IMG/VR virus record: IMGVR_UViG_3300012927_000004
From: a virus
DNA: 64,000 bases
Strand: one strand, 5' to 3'
Both the position numbers and the translations under genes were made by a program. The notes below the pieces were generated by a model. That model saw only the letters and a list, made by a program, of their open reading frames with translations, had not been told where the DNA came from and made no database searches. Below are positions 28,677 to 38,088 of the stretch, piece by piece (positions within the stretch are counted from its first letter, which is position 1; each line of letters starts with the position of its first letter).

Positions 28677-29216
28677 CTACCTGAGATCAGTCAGAGGTTT
28701 CTGACCTAAAACGGTTGCTCGAAACACCATGTTAAGCATAGACAAACTAACCAACCATGGGTTCTGCAAATAAACGGAACGAACATCTTCGAAACTTTGT
28801 GCGATGCTAGTCAAAACAGCTTCTATACCGGTATCCTGTCTATTTTTGGATGGCTCGGCTTTGCTAGTGAATGATGATTTGGCTAAGGTATTAATTAACC
28901 TTATAAAAACATCTTCACCGATTGGTGTGATTTCCAAAACAACACGTTCCAGTAATTCGAGATGGAAATCTCTTATGAAAGCATTACTAAAGATAACTTG
29001 ATTATTTCTCTCCACTGATTGAGGTAATGAAATTTGATACAAACGAAACGAGGTATAAAAGTCTCCTATGTATTTGCTTAGTTCTTCAACATCTCCTTCA
29101 AGAACGAAGGAACTGGTGATAGCATCAAAGATGTTAACGTAAACAGATTTAATCCGTTCATATTCTTCTAAATTTAATAAATTGATACTCGGTTGTTTTG
29201 TAGGTTCAATTGCCAT
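28677..29216 (-). CDS. hypothetical protein (179 aa)
   Basis: ORF length and tight operon spacing. Confidence 0.55.
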   Translation of the reverse strand: MAIEPTKQPSINLLNLEEYERIKSVYVNIFDAITSSFVLEGDVEELSKYIGDFYTSFRLYQISLPQSVERNNQVIFSNAFIRDFHLELLERVVLEITPIGEDVFIRLINTLAKSSFTSKAEPSKNRQDTGIEAVLTSIAQSFEDVRSVYLQNPWLVSLSMLNMVFRATVLGQKPLTDLR

Positions 29217-29224
29217 GAAAGAGA

Positions 29225-29914
29225 TTACCGGAATACCAACGTTTTCTGATGAGTGGAAATCAGTTTGTTTTCATACAACAAGTTCAGGTGGAAAATCATT
29301 TTATAAGTCCTCAAGAAAAGGATACCTTTTATAAAGATTTTCCAACTAATGTAATCTTTCAGAATTTCCCTCCTTAACGAACACTTCGTGGTATACTGGT
29401 CAACAGGTGTACTACCCGGTTTTGAAATCTTGACATAATGATCAAGATAGTCAGAGAATTGTTCATCATTAATTTTAAGCTCATCCAAGATCTGTCTTAG
29501 AAAAAGCTCCAACACGTTAGCATCCTTAGAATTAGCTGACTCATCTTTAACTAACTCATCAGAAATAGCGAACTCGTATTCATGGATTGTGGTTTTACTA
29601 TCATCCCTGAACATTGTCACTGACATGATAATATTAGTGACTTTTAAGAACTTTAACCCTTTGAGAAAAACTTTCCAGGTCATTGTTGGGTTTAATAATT
29701 CCCTACGAAATGCAGAACGTGATGTAGAAATTTCGGCAGTATTACTTGCTAATCCTTCTCTGATGATATATTTATCTAGCAGAGCTAAGAAACGGTTAGT
29801 ATCGATATGAAGATCTTTGAGGATGTCTCTAAAGTAACTTGATAAAATCGCGTCACTTCCACCACTACCGATCCTTTCACCATACTGAATTTCTGCGGAC
29901 TTCATATCAGACAT
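29225..29914 (-). CDS. hypothetical protein (229 aa) built from two tandem copies of a ~100-aa domain
   Basis: Repeat 1 'FRDILKDLHIDTNRFLALLDKY..RRELLNPTMTWKVFLKGLKFLKV' matches repeat 2 'FLRQILDELKINDEQFSDYLDHY..RREILKDYISWKIFIKGILFLRT'. Confidence 0.6.
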   Translation of the reverse strand: MSDMKSAEIQYGERIGSGGSDAILSSYFRDILKDLHIDTNRFLALLDKYIIREGLASNTAEISTSRSAFRRELLNPTMTWKVFLKGLKFLKVTNIIMSVTMFRDDSKTTIHEYEFAISDELVKDESANSKDANVLELFLRQILDELKINDEQFSDYLDHYVKISKPGSTPVDQYTTKCSLRREILKDYISWKIFIKGILFLRTYKMIFHLNLLYENKLISTHQKTLVFR

Positions 29915-29949
29915 TCGTATCGTCCCGTTTTAAACGTAGGTGTTCTCAA

Positions 29950-29982
29950 ATAGAGTATGTAGGGTTATTATTTTTTACGAAT
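29950..29982 (-). promoter_or_regulatory. promoter-like motif, family member f (plus strand 'atagagtatgtagggttattatttttt')
   Basis: Shares the 'AGAGTAT(A/G)T' core with five other sites. It lies about 39 nt upstream of the 29914 start codon. Confidence 0.45.
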
Positions 29983-29985
29983 GCT

Positions 29986-30504
29986 TTAACGGAGCTCAGA
30001 ATTTTTGATCGCATTCGTATTCGAATGATTAACATCGTATTGCGTTGCGATAATTAAACAATTAACGATGTCTTTTATTTGATTCAATACTGGACCTACA
30101 TGAAAAAGTGTTTTTCCTTGTAAGTTAGAATTATCAGCTTCAAATTTAATGTAGTTCTGAACGAGTTTTGTACTTCGTTCTTTGAAGACTTCTAATTCTG
30201 ATTTCAGATTCAAATAGTTATTATTGGAATCTACAAACCAATCTCTTAATTCAATTTCTATTAATGGATTGGAAAATAGTTGTGGATTGATTTCTTTTGA
30301 AATACTCAACCGATCATTGATTCTTCTCAAGAATTGGTTATACTCCTGAATTGATTGGAAAGGAGTTCTAATCCTTATTATATCTAAATTAGGTGAGAAG
30401 ACTCTAATCGCTCGCTCACTCCGAATCAATCCGATTCGTGTCAATAAAGTTTCATGAGAACTTTCAACTTTTATTACTCTCTTCTTTTGAAGGAAGCGAA
30501 ACAT
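29986..30504 (-). CDS. hypothetical protein (172 aa)
   Basis: The ORF track start is 30516. ATG 30504 is preceded by 'ggagg', so I prefer it. Confidence 0.55.
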   Translation of the reverse strand: MFRFLQKKRVIKVESSHETLLTRIGLIRSERAIRVFSPNLDIIRIRTPFQSIQEYNQFLRRINDRLSISKEINPQLFSNPLIEIELRDWFVDSNNNYLNLKSELEVFKERSTKLVQNYIKFEADNSNLQGKTLFHVGPVLNQIKDIVNCLIIATQYDVNHSNTNAIKNSELR

Positions 30505-30531
30505 TTCAACCTCCATCGTACCTGCTCAAAG

Positions 30532-30560
30532 AAAGTATGTATGATTGAAAATATCTGAAA
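30532..30560 (-). promoter_or_regulatory. promoter-like motif, family member b (plus strand 'gaaagtatgtatgattgaaaat')
   Basis: Near-identical to the 40094 copy ('aaagtatatgtgattgaaat'). It lies in a divergent intergenic region about 30 nt upstream of the minus-strand start. Confidence 0.45.
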
Positions 30561-30570
30561 AGGAATATGT

Positions 30571-30960
30571 ATGACCGACGCTAATGTTTTTACTCCGGAG
30601 GAAACGACGGAAGTTTTGGATGTCCAGAACGTTCGTAAAGCTCTGATCCGAGAGTTAACAGTGGACGGTAAACCACCAGCCCATACTTCTGACAAAGTGT
30701 TACTCCTTGGTTTACTTGATGGAGCTGATCGTTCTGTTTTCACTCGTGCTAAATTGAAAGCTGATCGAATGAAAGATGAGAATACTCAAAGTGTTCTCAA
30801 AGTAACTGCTGAATTGCTTCGCAGTATCAATACTCGAACCTATCGTCCAAATGCAAATATGGGTGATCGTATTCTGCCTGAATCAGTTGTTGAAAGAGAG
30901 TTCGTGCCTGGTGAATTGGATATCGGAATTGAACCTATCTCATTAGAGCAACAAATATAG
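30571..30960 (+). CDS. hypothetical protein (129 aa)
   Basis: ORF with 'aaaagga' upstream. A strong hairpin terminator follows it. Confidence 0.55.
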   Translation: MTDANVFTPEETTEVLDVQNVRKALIRELTVDGKPPAHTSDKVLLLGLLDGADRSVFTRAKLKADRMKDENTQSVLKVTAELLRSINTRTYRPNANMGDRILPESVVEREFVPGELDIGIEPISLEQQI

Positions 30961-30982
30961 ATTTAATGAAGAAAAAATACCA

Positions 30983-31020
30983 CTACATACCTATCCCTGA
31001 TAGTAGGGATAGGTATGTAG
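30983..31020. terminator. bidirectional hairpin terminator
   Basis: Perfect 16-bp stem 'ctacatacctatccct' / 'agggataggtatgtag'. Confidence 0.7.
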
Positions 31021-31034
31021 TAACGTTTATGTAT

Positions 31035-31748
31035 TTATTTTTTAATAGGTTTATTAACAGAAACGTTGGCTGAAAATAGTTTTGAAACCATAAGTTCCAA
31101 ATCAATAAAAGGTTTAGCTAACATTTCCATATAACGTTGTAATTCAAGCGCATTAATGGTTAGATCGTTTATATTCCTAATCAACAAAGGCCCGATCATT
31201 GTAACCATAGGACAAGAATTTTTCCGTAAATTATTATTTTTACTATGAGTTTCTAGCCATTCATAAGGATCATAAATTGCAATAACAGAAGTTTCTTGTT
31301 TTAAATATCCAGGACTTATATCTTCATATTTCATATATACGAATTCGATCTTTGTGATTTTTCCAGTTCGAATTTGAAGTCCTTTCTTCAATAACTCTTT
31401 TTCATCTTCTGTTAATTGATAAGGATAAAGATTAACAACAATACGAGGTTCTCGTAAGAAGGGTGTTTTGATATTTCCTTCATACGTACGTTGACAAAAA
31501 TCTCGTATGTAATTCACAATCGGTGTCATCATAGAAGCTTGAAGTGTGAGTTTATCACGATTCTTATAAAGCTCCTGGAATTTATTTTGATCAACACCTT
31601 TAAACACATCACGATCTCGAGTAAAATAACCACCTTTGATATAATCTTCAAGACGGTTTGGATCGATCCTCATTAATGTACCCATACGGGTATCGATGAT
31701 AGCATCAAGTTCTGTAAAGAAAACAGAAGGAAGTACTTTTTCAGCCAC
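31035..31748 (-). CDS. hypothetical protein (237 aa), GTG start
   Basis: Long ORF immediately downstream of the beta C-terminal fragment gene. Confidence 0.55.
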   Translation of the reverse strand: MAEKVLPSVFFTELDAIIDTRMGTLMRIDPNRLEDYIKGGYFTRDRDVFKGVDQNKFQELYKNRDKLTLQASMMTPIVNYIRDFCQRTYEGNIKTPFLREPRIVVNLYPYQLTEDEKELLKKGLQIRTGKITKIEFVYMKYEDISPGYLKQETSVIAIYDPYEWLETHSKNNNLRKNSCPMVTMIGPLLIRNINDLTINALELQRYMEMLAKPFIDLELMVSKLFSANVSVNKPIKK

Positions 31749-31763
31749 AACGTTCTAGTTTGA

Positions 31764-32438
31764 TCATAGATTATTACGAAGCATAGCTGCACTTAAAAAG
31801 GTACGAAGTGATGCTGTAGATTCTACTCCACCCTGATATTTATCCAAGGTAGCAAGATTCACCGAACCGTATCGTGACATCAACCCATTAAACGCAATAC
31901 GACTCTGAATATCACCTCCACGATGTTTCATCGCTTCAATCAAAGGCGCTTCCAGATTCATAGCAGATAAAACTTGAATTTCAGGTCCTGAAAGTGCAGC
32001 ACCTTTGGATTCACCTGTTACTTGACCTGTTAAAGAATCAACAACACGAGTGCTCTTAGGAACCTTGATTTTCTTATCAGAGGTTTGAGATAAACGACGA
32101 ACAGGTAAATCGATGACCATATATTCAATTGGAGTAAGATGGTCGGGAAGACCTTCTTTACCGATAACCATAATCTTTGTAAAGAAACTATGACCTATCT
32201 TATCACCTACTTCTAAATTGTTATCAAGACTGAGACCATCGTCAGTATGATTAGGAGAAATGATCATTAAAATCTCTTCTCCACTACTGAGTCTGTTCAT
32301 GAAACGATTAAACTCATCATCAGACATCGCTTTGAATCGTTTTTCATAAAGCTCACGATTCTGCTTGGACTTCGGAGTCAGACTCTCGATGCTATCGAGA
32401 ATAAACATTTCAACCTGTTTCCGTTTGTTAGCAGCCAT
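31764..32438 (-). CDS. multisubunit RNAP beta-like subunit, C-terminal fragment (224 aa)
   Basis: 'IEYMVIDLPVRRLSQTSDKKIKVPKSTRVVDSLTGQVTGESKGAALSGPEIQVLSAMNLEAPLIEAMKHRGGDIQSRIAFNGL' aligns with E. coli beta '[81 protein letters not shown]'. Confidence 0.7.
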   Translation of the reverse strand: MAANKRKQVEMFILDSIESLTPKSKQNRELYEKRFKAMSDDEFNRFMNRLSSGEEILMIISPNHTDDGLSLDNNLEVGDKIGHSFFTKIMVIGKEGLPDHLTPIEYMVIDLPVRRLSQTSDKKIKVPKSTRVVDSLTGQVTGESKGAALSGPEIQVLSAMNLEAPLIEAMKHRGGDIQSRIAFNGLMSRYGSVNLATLDKYQGGVESTASLRTFLSAAMLRNNL

Positions 32439-32454
32439 GATTGTCTCTCACTAA

Positions 32455-32826
32455 TTAAGGAATATAAATAGGAAGTTGATGTTGAAATACAAACGGAAGA
32501 ACGGTGTTAGTAAATAAACGCATCCAGTCTTCTTCCGAACCATTTGCAATCAAATGCAATCGAATTTCAATGGTGTCTATATTCAACATCATTAACTGTC
32601 GTGTCCAATAACGATTCAGCAGAAATCGCTGAATATGCGATTGTTTATCAACAGCCTCCATAATGATCGGGTCGTTATCAAACCCATTGATAGATTGGCC
32701 ATTAAACATACCACTTGCGACAAGTTGGTTTCGAACCAGTGTAACCAGATCAATATCTCCATCTTGACGAGGAGCACTGAAACGTTCGAATCCTTCTTTT
32801 AATAGTCCAACGTTAAGATCTTGCAT
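32455..32826 (-). CDS. hypothetical protein (123 aa)
   Basis: ORF in the operon upstream of the beta C-terminal fragment gene. Confidence 0.5.
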   Translation of the reverse strand: MQDLNVGLLKEGFERFSAPRQDGDIDLVTLVRNQLVASGMFNGQSINGFDNDPIIMEAVDKQSHIQRFLLNRYWTRQLMMLNIDTIEIRLHLIANGSEEDWMRLFTNTVLPFVFQHQLPIYIP

Positions 32827-32892
32827 GAGAATTCCTCAATATGCTCCAATGTTGATGTTTTACGTTTTCTAAATATTTAATATTCGTATTCA

Positions 32893-33567
32893 TTAACACG
32901 AACACGGAGCTGGATATGTACCTAACACCCACCCAGTATAAGTATTGATAACGCGATCGAAACAACCTTGTGGTGTTTGAATACGTTGTCGAAGAATACC
33001 ATCGCCAATGAAAACTTGACACATGACGATACCACTACCGAATTGAATTGGAATCAAACGAGGTTGTTCGTGATGTGTGTCACTAACCCATAAAGCATTT
33101 GTAGTATGTGGTTGTAATGCATTTTCAGAATCATGAAATGCATTACTTCCAATATCTGTTTTGCCGGATGTTAATACTGCAACATCTGACCATGCTACCC
33201 AACGATATTGAAATTGTTGCCAACCTGGACGTTTACCTCGAAGTAAAACATCTCCGGTATTGCAAACAGCCGATGAAATCTGAACACCTTCTTCCGTTGT
33301 GACAGAAGTGAAAATAGTTTTCTGTACACAATCGAAATTGATTTGCCATAATGAAGCTTGTACTTTGGCATCATCTACTCGACTGATAGGAACCCCCAGT
33401 TGCCACGACTCTATCGCTTTAATGACAGTAGGAATGGCTCCCATAAGAGAAATAGCGAGGGTTGGATAGATTAGAAACCATTGCCACCATCGATTGATCT
33501 TAGGTGTTGGGGCTGGACTCTCGGGAACAGGTGTCTCGGATACCACTTCAGTAACTGAATCGTTCAT
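32893..33567 (-). CDS. membrane-anchored hypothetical protein (224 aa), Cys-containing ectodomain
   Basis: N-proximal hydrophobic helix 'WWQWFLIYPTLAISLMGAIPTVI'. Its start overlaps the upstream gene's stop (ATGA type). Confidence 0.55.
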   Translation of the reverse strand: MNDSVTEVVSETPVPESPAPTPKINRWWQWFLIYPTLAISLMGAIPTVIKAIESWQLGVPISRVDDAKVQASLWQINFDCVQKTIFTSVTTEEGVQISSAVCNTGDVLLRGKRPGWQQFQYRWVAWSDVAVLTSGKTDIGSNAFHDSENALQPHTTNALWVSDTHHEQPRLIPIQFGSGIVMCQVFIGDGILRQRIQTPQGCFDRVINTYTGWVLGTYPAPCSC

Positions 33568-35033
33568 TTCCCTTTCCTCAAAAATTGCTTCTTAACGGTT
33601 TTGTGGTCGTCTTCCATCCAGTATGGACAATAGTTACCAGCTGACATTTCAAGCAAGTCTAATGAACTGAGATAGTAATCTCCAACACTTTCATTACTAT
33701 ATGTCCACCACCCTCGTGTGTTTTCAAGAATAAAATCAACGTCATAACCCTGTGCTTTAAGTCCAGTATAAAGTGCATCAGCTGTCATCAATTTCTCACC
33801 GATATAAGGTTTCTGAAACTGATACATCTGAGCCAGTTCTGAAGTGATATTCAAAGCACGACGTAGTTTTCTTGATTCATCGATCTTCTGTCGAACTGTT
33901 GTTCTTTGAAGTGTTTCTTCAGGAAATAGAAATAATCGATAGGTTCGATCGTTTCCATCAAATCCAAAAGATTCATAATCCTTCAGTAAGTTGAATTCAG
34001 TGAGAGAGGGCAGAACACCTTCCGACTGAGATACCACGATATCCAATTTGAACCCATTCGGACCCGCGTTACCACGGATGTGTTGGAGAGAAACAAGATT
34101 AAGGTCAGTATCACCAACCACTGCCTGACCTTGTAACTTAGGGAATTTTGGTGTTTTGTCATCTTTATTCCAAAGCAAACCACAATTTGTAACAAGCCAT
34201 AAATTGTGTTGTTGATAGAGAAACTGTCCAGTAACACCTTTAATCTTGGTGTCGGTATTCAGGAATTGAAGTTGCTTCTTAGGAGGGGCTTGACCTGGAC
34301 CTGATGACATGGTGTTATTAGCACCAATATGAGCTGTTGCCAGAATATAATGTTTAGAAGCTGCTCCTAGAGAAGGAAGTTCATGAAGCATTTGGGCTTT
34401 ACCTAAACCTTCTCTCATAAATAAATGAGAACCAGATGAATCACCGATATTGTTTTTATCCATTATATCAGCAGCTGCATTAATATGCATGGCAGAGATA
34501 CTATCTAACTCGCTGAAAGTTGGAACCAATTCTGTAGCACGTTTACCTTCTTTGTTATTGAAAGGTAAATTAACTTGGAACTGTTTAGCATTCTTTCGTT
34601 TGTCATGCATGAATTCGCGAAGCTTTGAGTACCACTCATCGGCTAAATAAGCAGATGAATCTGAAATAACCCAAGATCCTTCATCAATAAGATCGATATT
34701 ACTGAATTGAGGAAATTGACACATAAATTTCTTTAACCACTGAGTATGAATATTCGTTTCACTATCATACGTCGAACAAGAGGTTTCAGTAGCAGTCCAA
34801 ATTTTAGCCATCGCACTCAGGAGCTGATAATGTAAGATAGTAGACTTGTACATCTTACCAGGCCCAACAATGGCCGTTAATGGACCCAAACCACCCATCA
34901 GAACCCATTCACCGTAAATGCCACGAACCCAATATCCTGTTGGAATATCAAGTGTAGCGCCAATGTTAATCAACGTCTTATGCTGATCAATTGGTTTAAA
35001 CCCTGGCTTCAGAATCATTTTTATTTTTCTCAT
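33564..35033 (-). CDS. RecA-superfamily recombinase, T4 UvsX-like
   Basis: 'GGLGPLTAIVGPGKMYKSTILHYQLLSAM' matches T4 UvsX 'GGMQSGLLILAGPSKSFKSNFGLTMVSSY'. 'YDSETN' matches 'YDSEFG', 'FSELDSISAM' matches 'VFIDSLGNLA', and 'ILATAHIG' matches 'CIAINHTY'. Confidence 0.75.
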   Translation of the reverse strand: MRKIKMILKPGFKPIDQHKTLINIGATLDIPTGYWVRGIYGEWVLMGGLGPLTAIVGPGKMYKSTILHYQLLSAMAKIWTATETSCSTYDSETNIHTQWLKKFMCQFPQFSNIDLIDEGSWVISDSSAYLADEWYSKLREFMHDKRKNAKQFQVNLPFNNKEGKRATELVPTFSELDSISAMHINAAADIMDKNNIGDSSGSHLFMREGLGKAQMLHELPSLGAASKHYILATAHIGANNTMSSGPGQAPPKKQLQFLNTDTKIKGVTGQFLYQQHNLWLVTNCGLLWNKDDKTPKFPKLQGQAVVGDTDLNLVSLQHIRGNAGPNGFKLDIVVSQSEGVLPSLTEFNLLKDYESFGFDGNDRTYRLFLFPEETLQRTTVRQKIDESRKLRRALNITSELAQMYQFQKPYIGEKLMTADALYTGLKAQGYDVDFILENTRGWWTYSNESVGDYYLSSLDLLEMSAGNYCPYWMEDDHKTVKKQFLRKGK

Positions 35034-35116
35034 ATAAGCGAACCATGCGCTATTTGATGAGTAGCGTTATAGGTTTTTTAAACCTATTCATAAATTAAAA
35101 ACCAGGAATTATATCC

Positions 35117-35974
35117 ATGAAATTTTATAAGCTTGCTTTAGAGAATAGCGCAACTTGTTTTACGGAAGCGCAGTTCATGAATGAGCTAGCTCTTGAATCG
35201 ACGATGGCTACCAATGTCATTGACTTCTTTCGTAGAAGTCTTCCCATTATGACGAACGAGTTGAAAGACTACGTTAGTCATTTCAGAACACCGGATCAAG
35301 AGATCGATCTCACTGCAATCGATTCAAATTACGCAACATCCGAAAGACATAAACTTGAACGTTACTATACGAGTTGGAGGGAGGTTCTCGTTCAAGTTCC
35401 AGAAGGCTTTAAGAAGGGAGAGTTTCTTCCTTACGTTATGGCTCTCAACAGTATTGGTTCCAATCTGTTTGAACAAACTAACAAACTGATCTCGGAGTAT
35501 CGATTTGCTCTCTCGTCTATTATCAGCAATAAAGAACAGCGTACATCTCTTAAAGATCTTTCTTACAATTATGAAGGGATTACCTCCGCTCGATCCGAAT
35601 TGGAAGAAAGAATCGCTTCCTTCTTTGAGTCAACAACGACTTCTCGCTACAGACTTATCGACGTCCTCCCTCGATATTCCGATAGCAAAAGACTCATCGG
35701 AGAAACCAAACAACTCGCCAGACTCGTTAGCATCAAACAGTTAACGCAAATTAAAACACTTGTTAATGAGACTGTTAGTGTCTTGATGGTTTTAGAAAAT
35801 CAAATTACCAAAGGTGATATGAGTGATATTTCTCCACAAGTCGTGAAGAATATAGCTCAAGGCGCTTATGAACTGGCCAAATATATCGACAGTATAGCAG
35901 TCTTCTATTATGCAGGTGTTAGTATTATCACTTGCGTGAATCTTCTTTTTGATAAAATAAAAGATTTTGAATAA
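35117..35974 (+). CDS. hypothetical protein (285 aa)
   Basis: Long ORF, followed by a strong hairpin. Confidence 0.55.
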   Translation: MKFYKLALENSATCFTEAQFMNELALESTMATNVIDFFRRSLPIMTNELKDYVSHFRTPDQEIDLTAIDSNYATSERHKLERYYTSWREVLVQVPEGFKKGEFLPYVMALNSIGSNLFEQTNKLISEYRFALSSIISNKEQRTSLKDLSYNYEGITSARSELEERIASFFESTTTSRYRLIDVLPRYSDSKRLIGETKQLARLVSIKQLTQIKTLVNETVSVLMVLENQITKGDMSDISPQVVKNIAQGAYELAKYIDSIAVFYYAGVSIITCVNLLFDKIKDFE

Positions 35975-35984
35975 TTACACATCA

Positions 35985-36020
35985 CACTCCATACTCCTGG
36001 ATATCCAGGAGTATGGAGTG
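35985..36020. terminator. bidirectional hairpin terminator
   Basis: Near-perfect palindrome 'cactccatactcctgga ta tccaggagtatggagtg'. Confidence 0.7.
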
Positions 36021-36027
36021 TTATTAT

Positions 36028-36576
36028 TCAGATCAAACAGGAATTGAAACGTTTATTAAACAATTCAGTTAAACATTGCATCAAATCATTTTTGATGAAA
36101 GAAGTTGGTGCATATACAATCCATTCTGGTGTTTTACGAATGAAGAAGTTGCATATTTGTTCCAATTCTTTTTCATTGATTTCACAAACATCAAGATTAG
36201 TGACATCAATAACTTTGTCATCTAAAATGATTTGTTCTTTCAAGATGGATTTCCAAATCATATTTCGCATGAACTTAGGAATCCAATAACTTTGACCTTT
36301 ATAGGTCATTTTCAAAAGATTGTTAATCTTCTCGAACAAGATGAAATCAGGCTTATCTGTGAAACTAGTAAGCGCGATGATACTTGCAATATACAGAACC
36401 CGTTTCCACTTCCTTGGCATGTTAGGTGCAAATTCCGTTTTAAACCAATACGCAAGCCAACGCGTGATTGGATTCTGGATCGGTTCATTTAAGTACCGAT
36501 AAGCTCCAGAAATTTTTTCGGGAAATGTAGTCATTACGACAACTCCAAATTTGTAAAAGGAGGAAGAAGTACTCAT
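36028..36576 (-). CDS. hypothetical protein (182 aa)
   Basis: ORF length and operon position. Confidence 0.5.
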   Translation of the reverse strand: MSTSSSFYKFGVVVMTTFPEKISGAYRYLNEPIQNPITRWLAYWFKTEFAPNMPRKWKRVLYIASIIALTSFTDKPDFILFEKINNLLKMTYKGQSYWIPKFMRNMIWKSILKEQIILDDKVIDVTNLDVCEINEKELEQICNFFIRKTPEWIVYAPTSFIKNDLMQCLTELFNKRFNSCLI

Positions 36577-36597
36577 TTAATATTAGGATTTTTTTTT

Positions 36598-38088
36598 CTA
36601 GGAAGGAAGAACGATCTGATTGGCAAAGTAGTTAGACCATATTCCAACTCCGAAGTTTGATTGGATAATAGTCGAATATTTCATAATTCCTCCATCTATC
36701 CAGGTTAGAAGATAAATCATTGGAATTGCATCTTCCAAATATTTAAGATTGTTTCGTGGAAGACAATCAAATCCCAACATGTAAGGGACACGAACAGGTA
36801 TCATCTTTTCACGATGTTCAATTTCGATGTCTAACGAAAGGTTTTTAAATCCTACGATAAAATCAGGAAGTAGTTCATGTTTGATTTTACCTTTCTTATC
36901 TGTTGTGATATTGAAGAATTTGTCTGTAATATCGTGGACTGTGATCTTCATTGCACCAACTAACCAATGAAGATCAACGTCACGTTCTTTAAACCCTATT
37001 AACATTTCTTCAAGAAATGCAAAATGTTCCAACGCACGAAGTGAAAGCCCTGCAGGGTTCATTTCCAATGTCAGTGGTTTCTTATCCACTAAGTAAAGTG
37101 AAGCATCTCGCTTCTGACCATACATAGCGTAAGGACCGTATTTATATAGCCACGGATAGACCTGTTTGCTATAAACAGAATCCAGTTTCATTAACGCAAT
37201 AACGTTAATGCCGTTAGAATGTTGATATTGTTTCTTTTTGATTTCCTCAATAACTTGATCAGGTTCGTTAAGATAAATAACTGAATACCCCATTGAAGCA
37301 GAAGGTTTACCGATAATAAAATCAGTATCTGAGGAAATTGCGAGATGATAAATACCGGCTTGGTTATATTCTGGTAGTGAATTAAAATAAAGTCTAGAGA
37401 AAGCGATATAAGGATTACGATCTGGCTCAGATTTCCAATAACCTTTTGCTACAGATGTTTCGATTGAAGTAATGATTTTTCGTTCTTGACTATGGTTCAT
37501 ACCGATGCCTGCTAAGATATCGGCACGTTCATTACCCAAATGACCATCATGGCTTCTGATCCAATAAATTTGGATATCAACTCCAGTTTGACGGAGTGTT
37601 TTGAGAAGATTATAAGTCTTCTCTAACAATTCACGATTACCTACAGGTGAACCATCTGCTTTTAACCAATTGTTCTTTTCCCACCGTTTACACCATTCTG
37701 TCATTGAAGTTCTTAAATATTCGCTATCTGTATAAACACGAACAACTTGAAGTTTGTAATCTTCGAGAAACTTTAGAAGGTGATAAAGTCCTTGGATCTC
37801 AGCAACGTTATTCGTCATCAATTCAGAATGAGAACCAAAACCGTCTACGTATTCGGTTGGTATAACACATTGAGCATGTTGTGGAAGTTCGTGTGCGATA
37901 TTGACATAACCATGAGTGGTATGCTTAAATGATTCAACAACCACAGCTTTGCTGACCACCTCCTGATAAAAATAACCATGAATACCCCAGCCGATATAAC
38001 CAGGATTATGGGGTCTGCATGATCCATCTACGTAGAAGACACCCGATTGAGTTACAAGTTTGCTATGACTCTCTGTTGATTTACTCAT
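36598..38088 (-). CDS. RNase HI domain protein with ~290-aa C-terminal extension
   Basis: The DEDD set is readable: 'FYVDGSC', 'NNVAEIQGL', 'VYTDSEYL' and 'WIRSHDGHLGNERADILA'. The remaining ~290 aa have no recognisable motif. Confidence 0.85.
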   Translation of the reverse strand: MSKSTESHSKLVTQSGVFYVDGSCRPHNPGYIGWGIHGYFYQEVVSKAVVVESFKHTTHGYVNIAHELPQHAQCVIPTEYVDGFGSHSELMTNNVAEIQGLYHLLKFLEDYKLQVVRVYTDSEYLRTSMTEWCKRWEKNNWLKADGSPVGNRELLEKTYNLLKTLRQTGVDIQIYWIRSHDGHLGNERADILAGIGMNHSQERKIITSIETSVAKGYWKSEPDRNPYIAFSRLYFNSLPEYNQAGIYHLAISSDTDFIIGKPSASMGYSVIYLNEPDQVIEEIKKKQYQHSNGINVIALMKLDSVYSKQVYPWLYKYGPYAMYGQKRDASLYLVDKKPLTLEMNPAGLSLRALEHFAFLEEMLIGFKERDVDLHWLVGAMKITVHDITDKFFNITTDKKGKIKHELLPDFIVGFKNLSLDIEIEHREKMIPVRVPYMLGFDCLPRNNLKYLEDAIPMIYLLTWIDGGIMKYSTIIQSNFGVGIWSNYFANQIVLPS

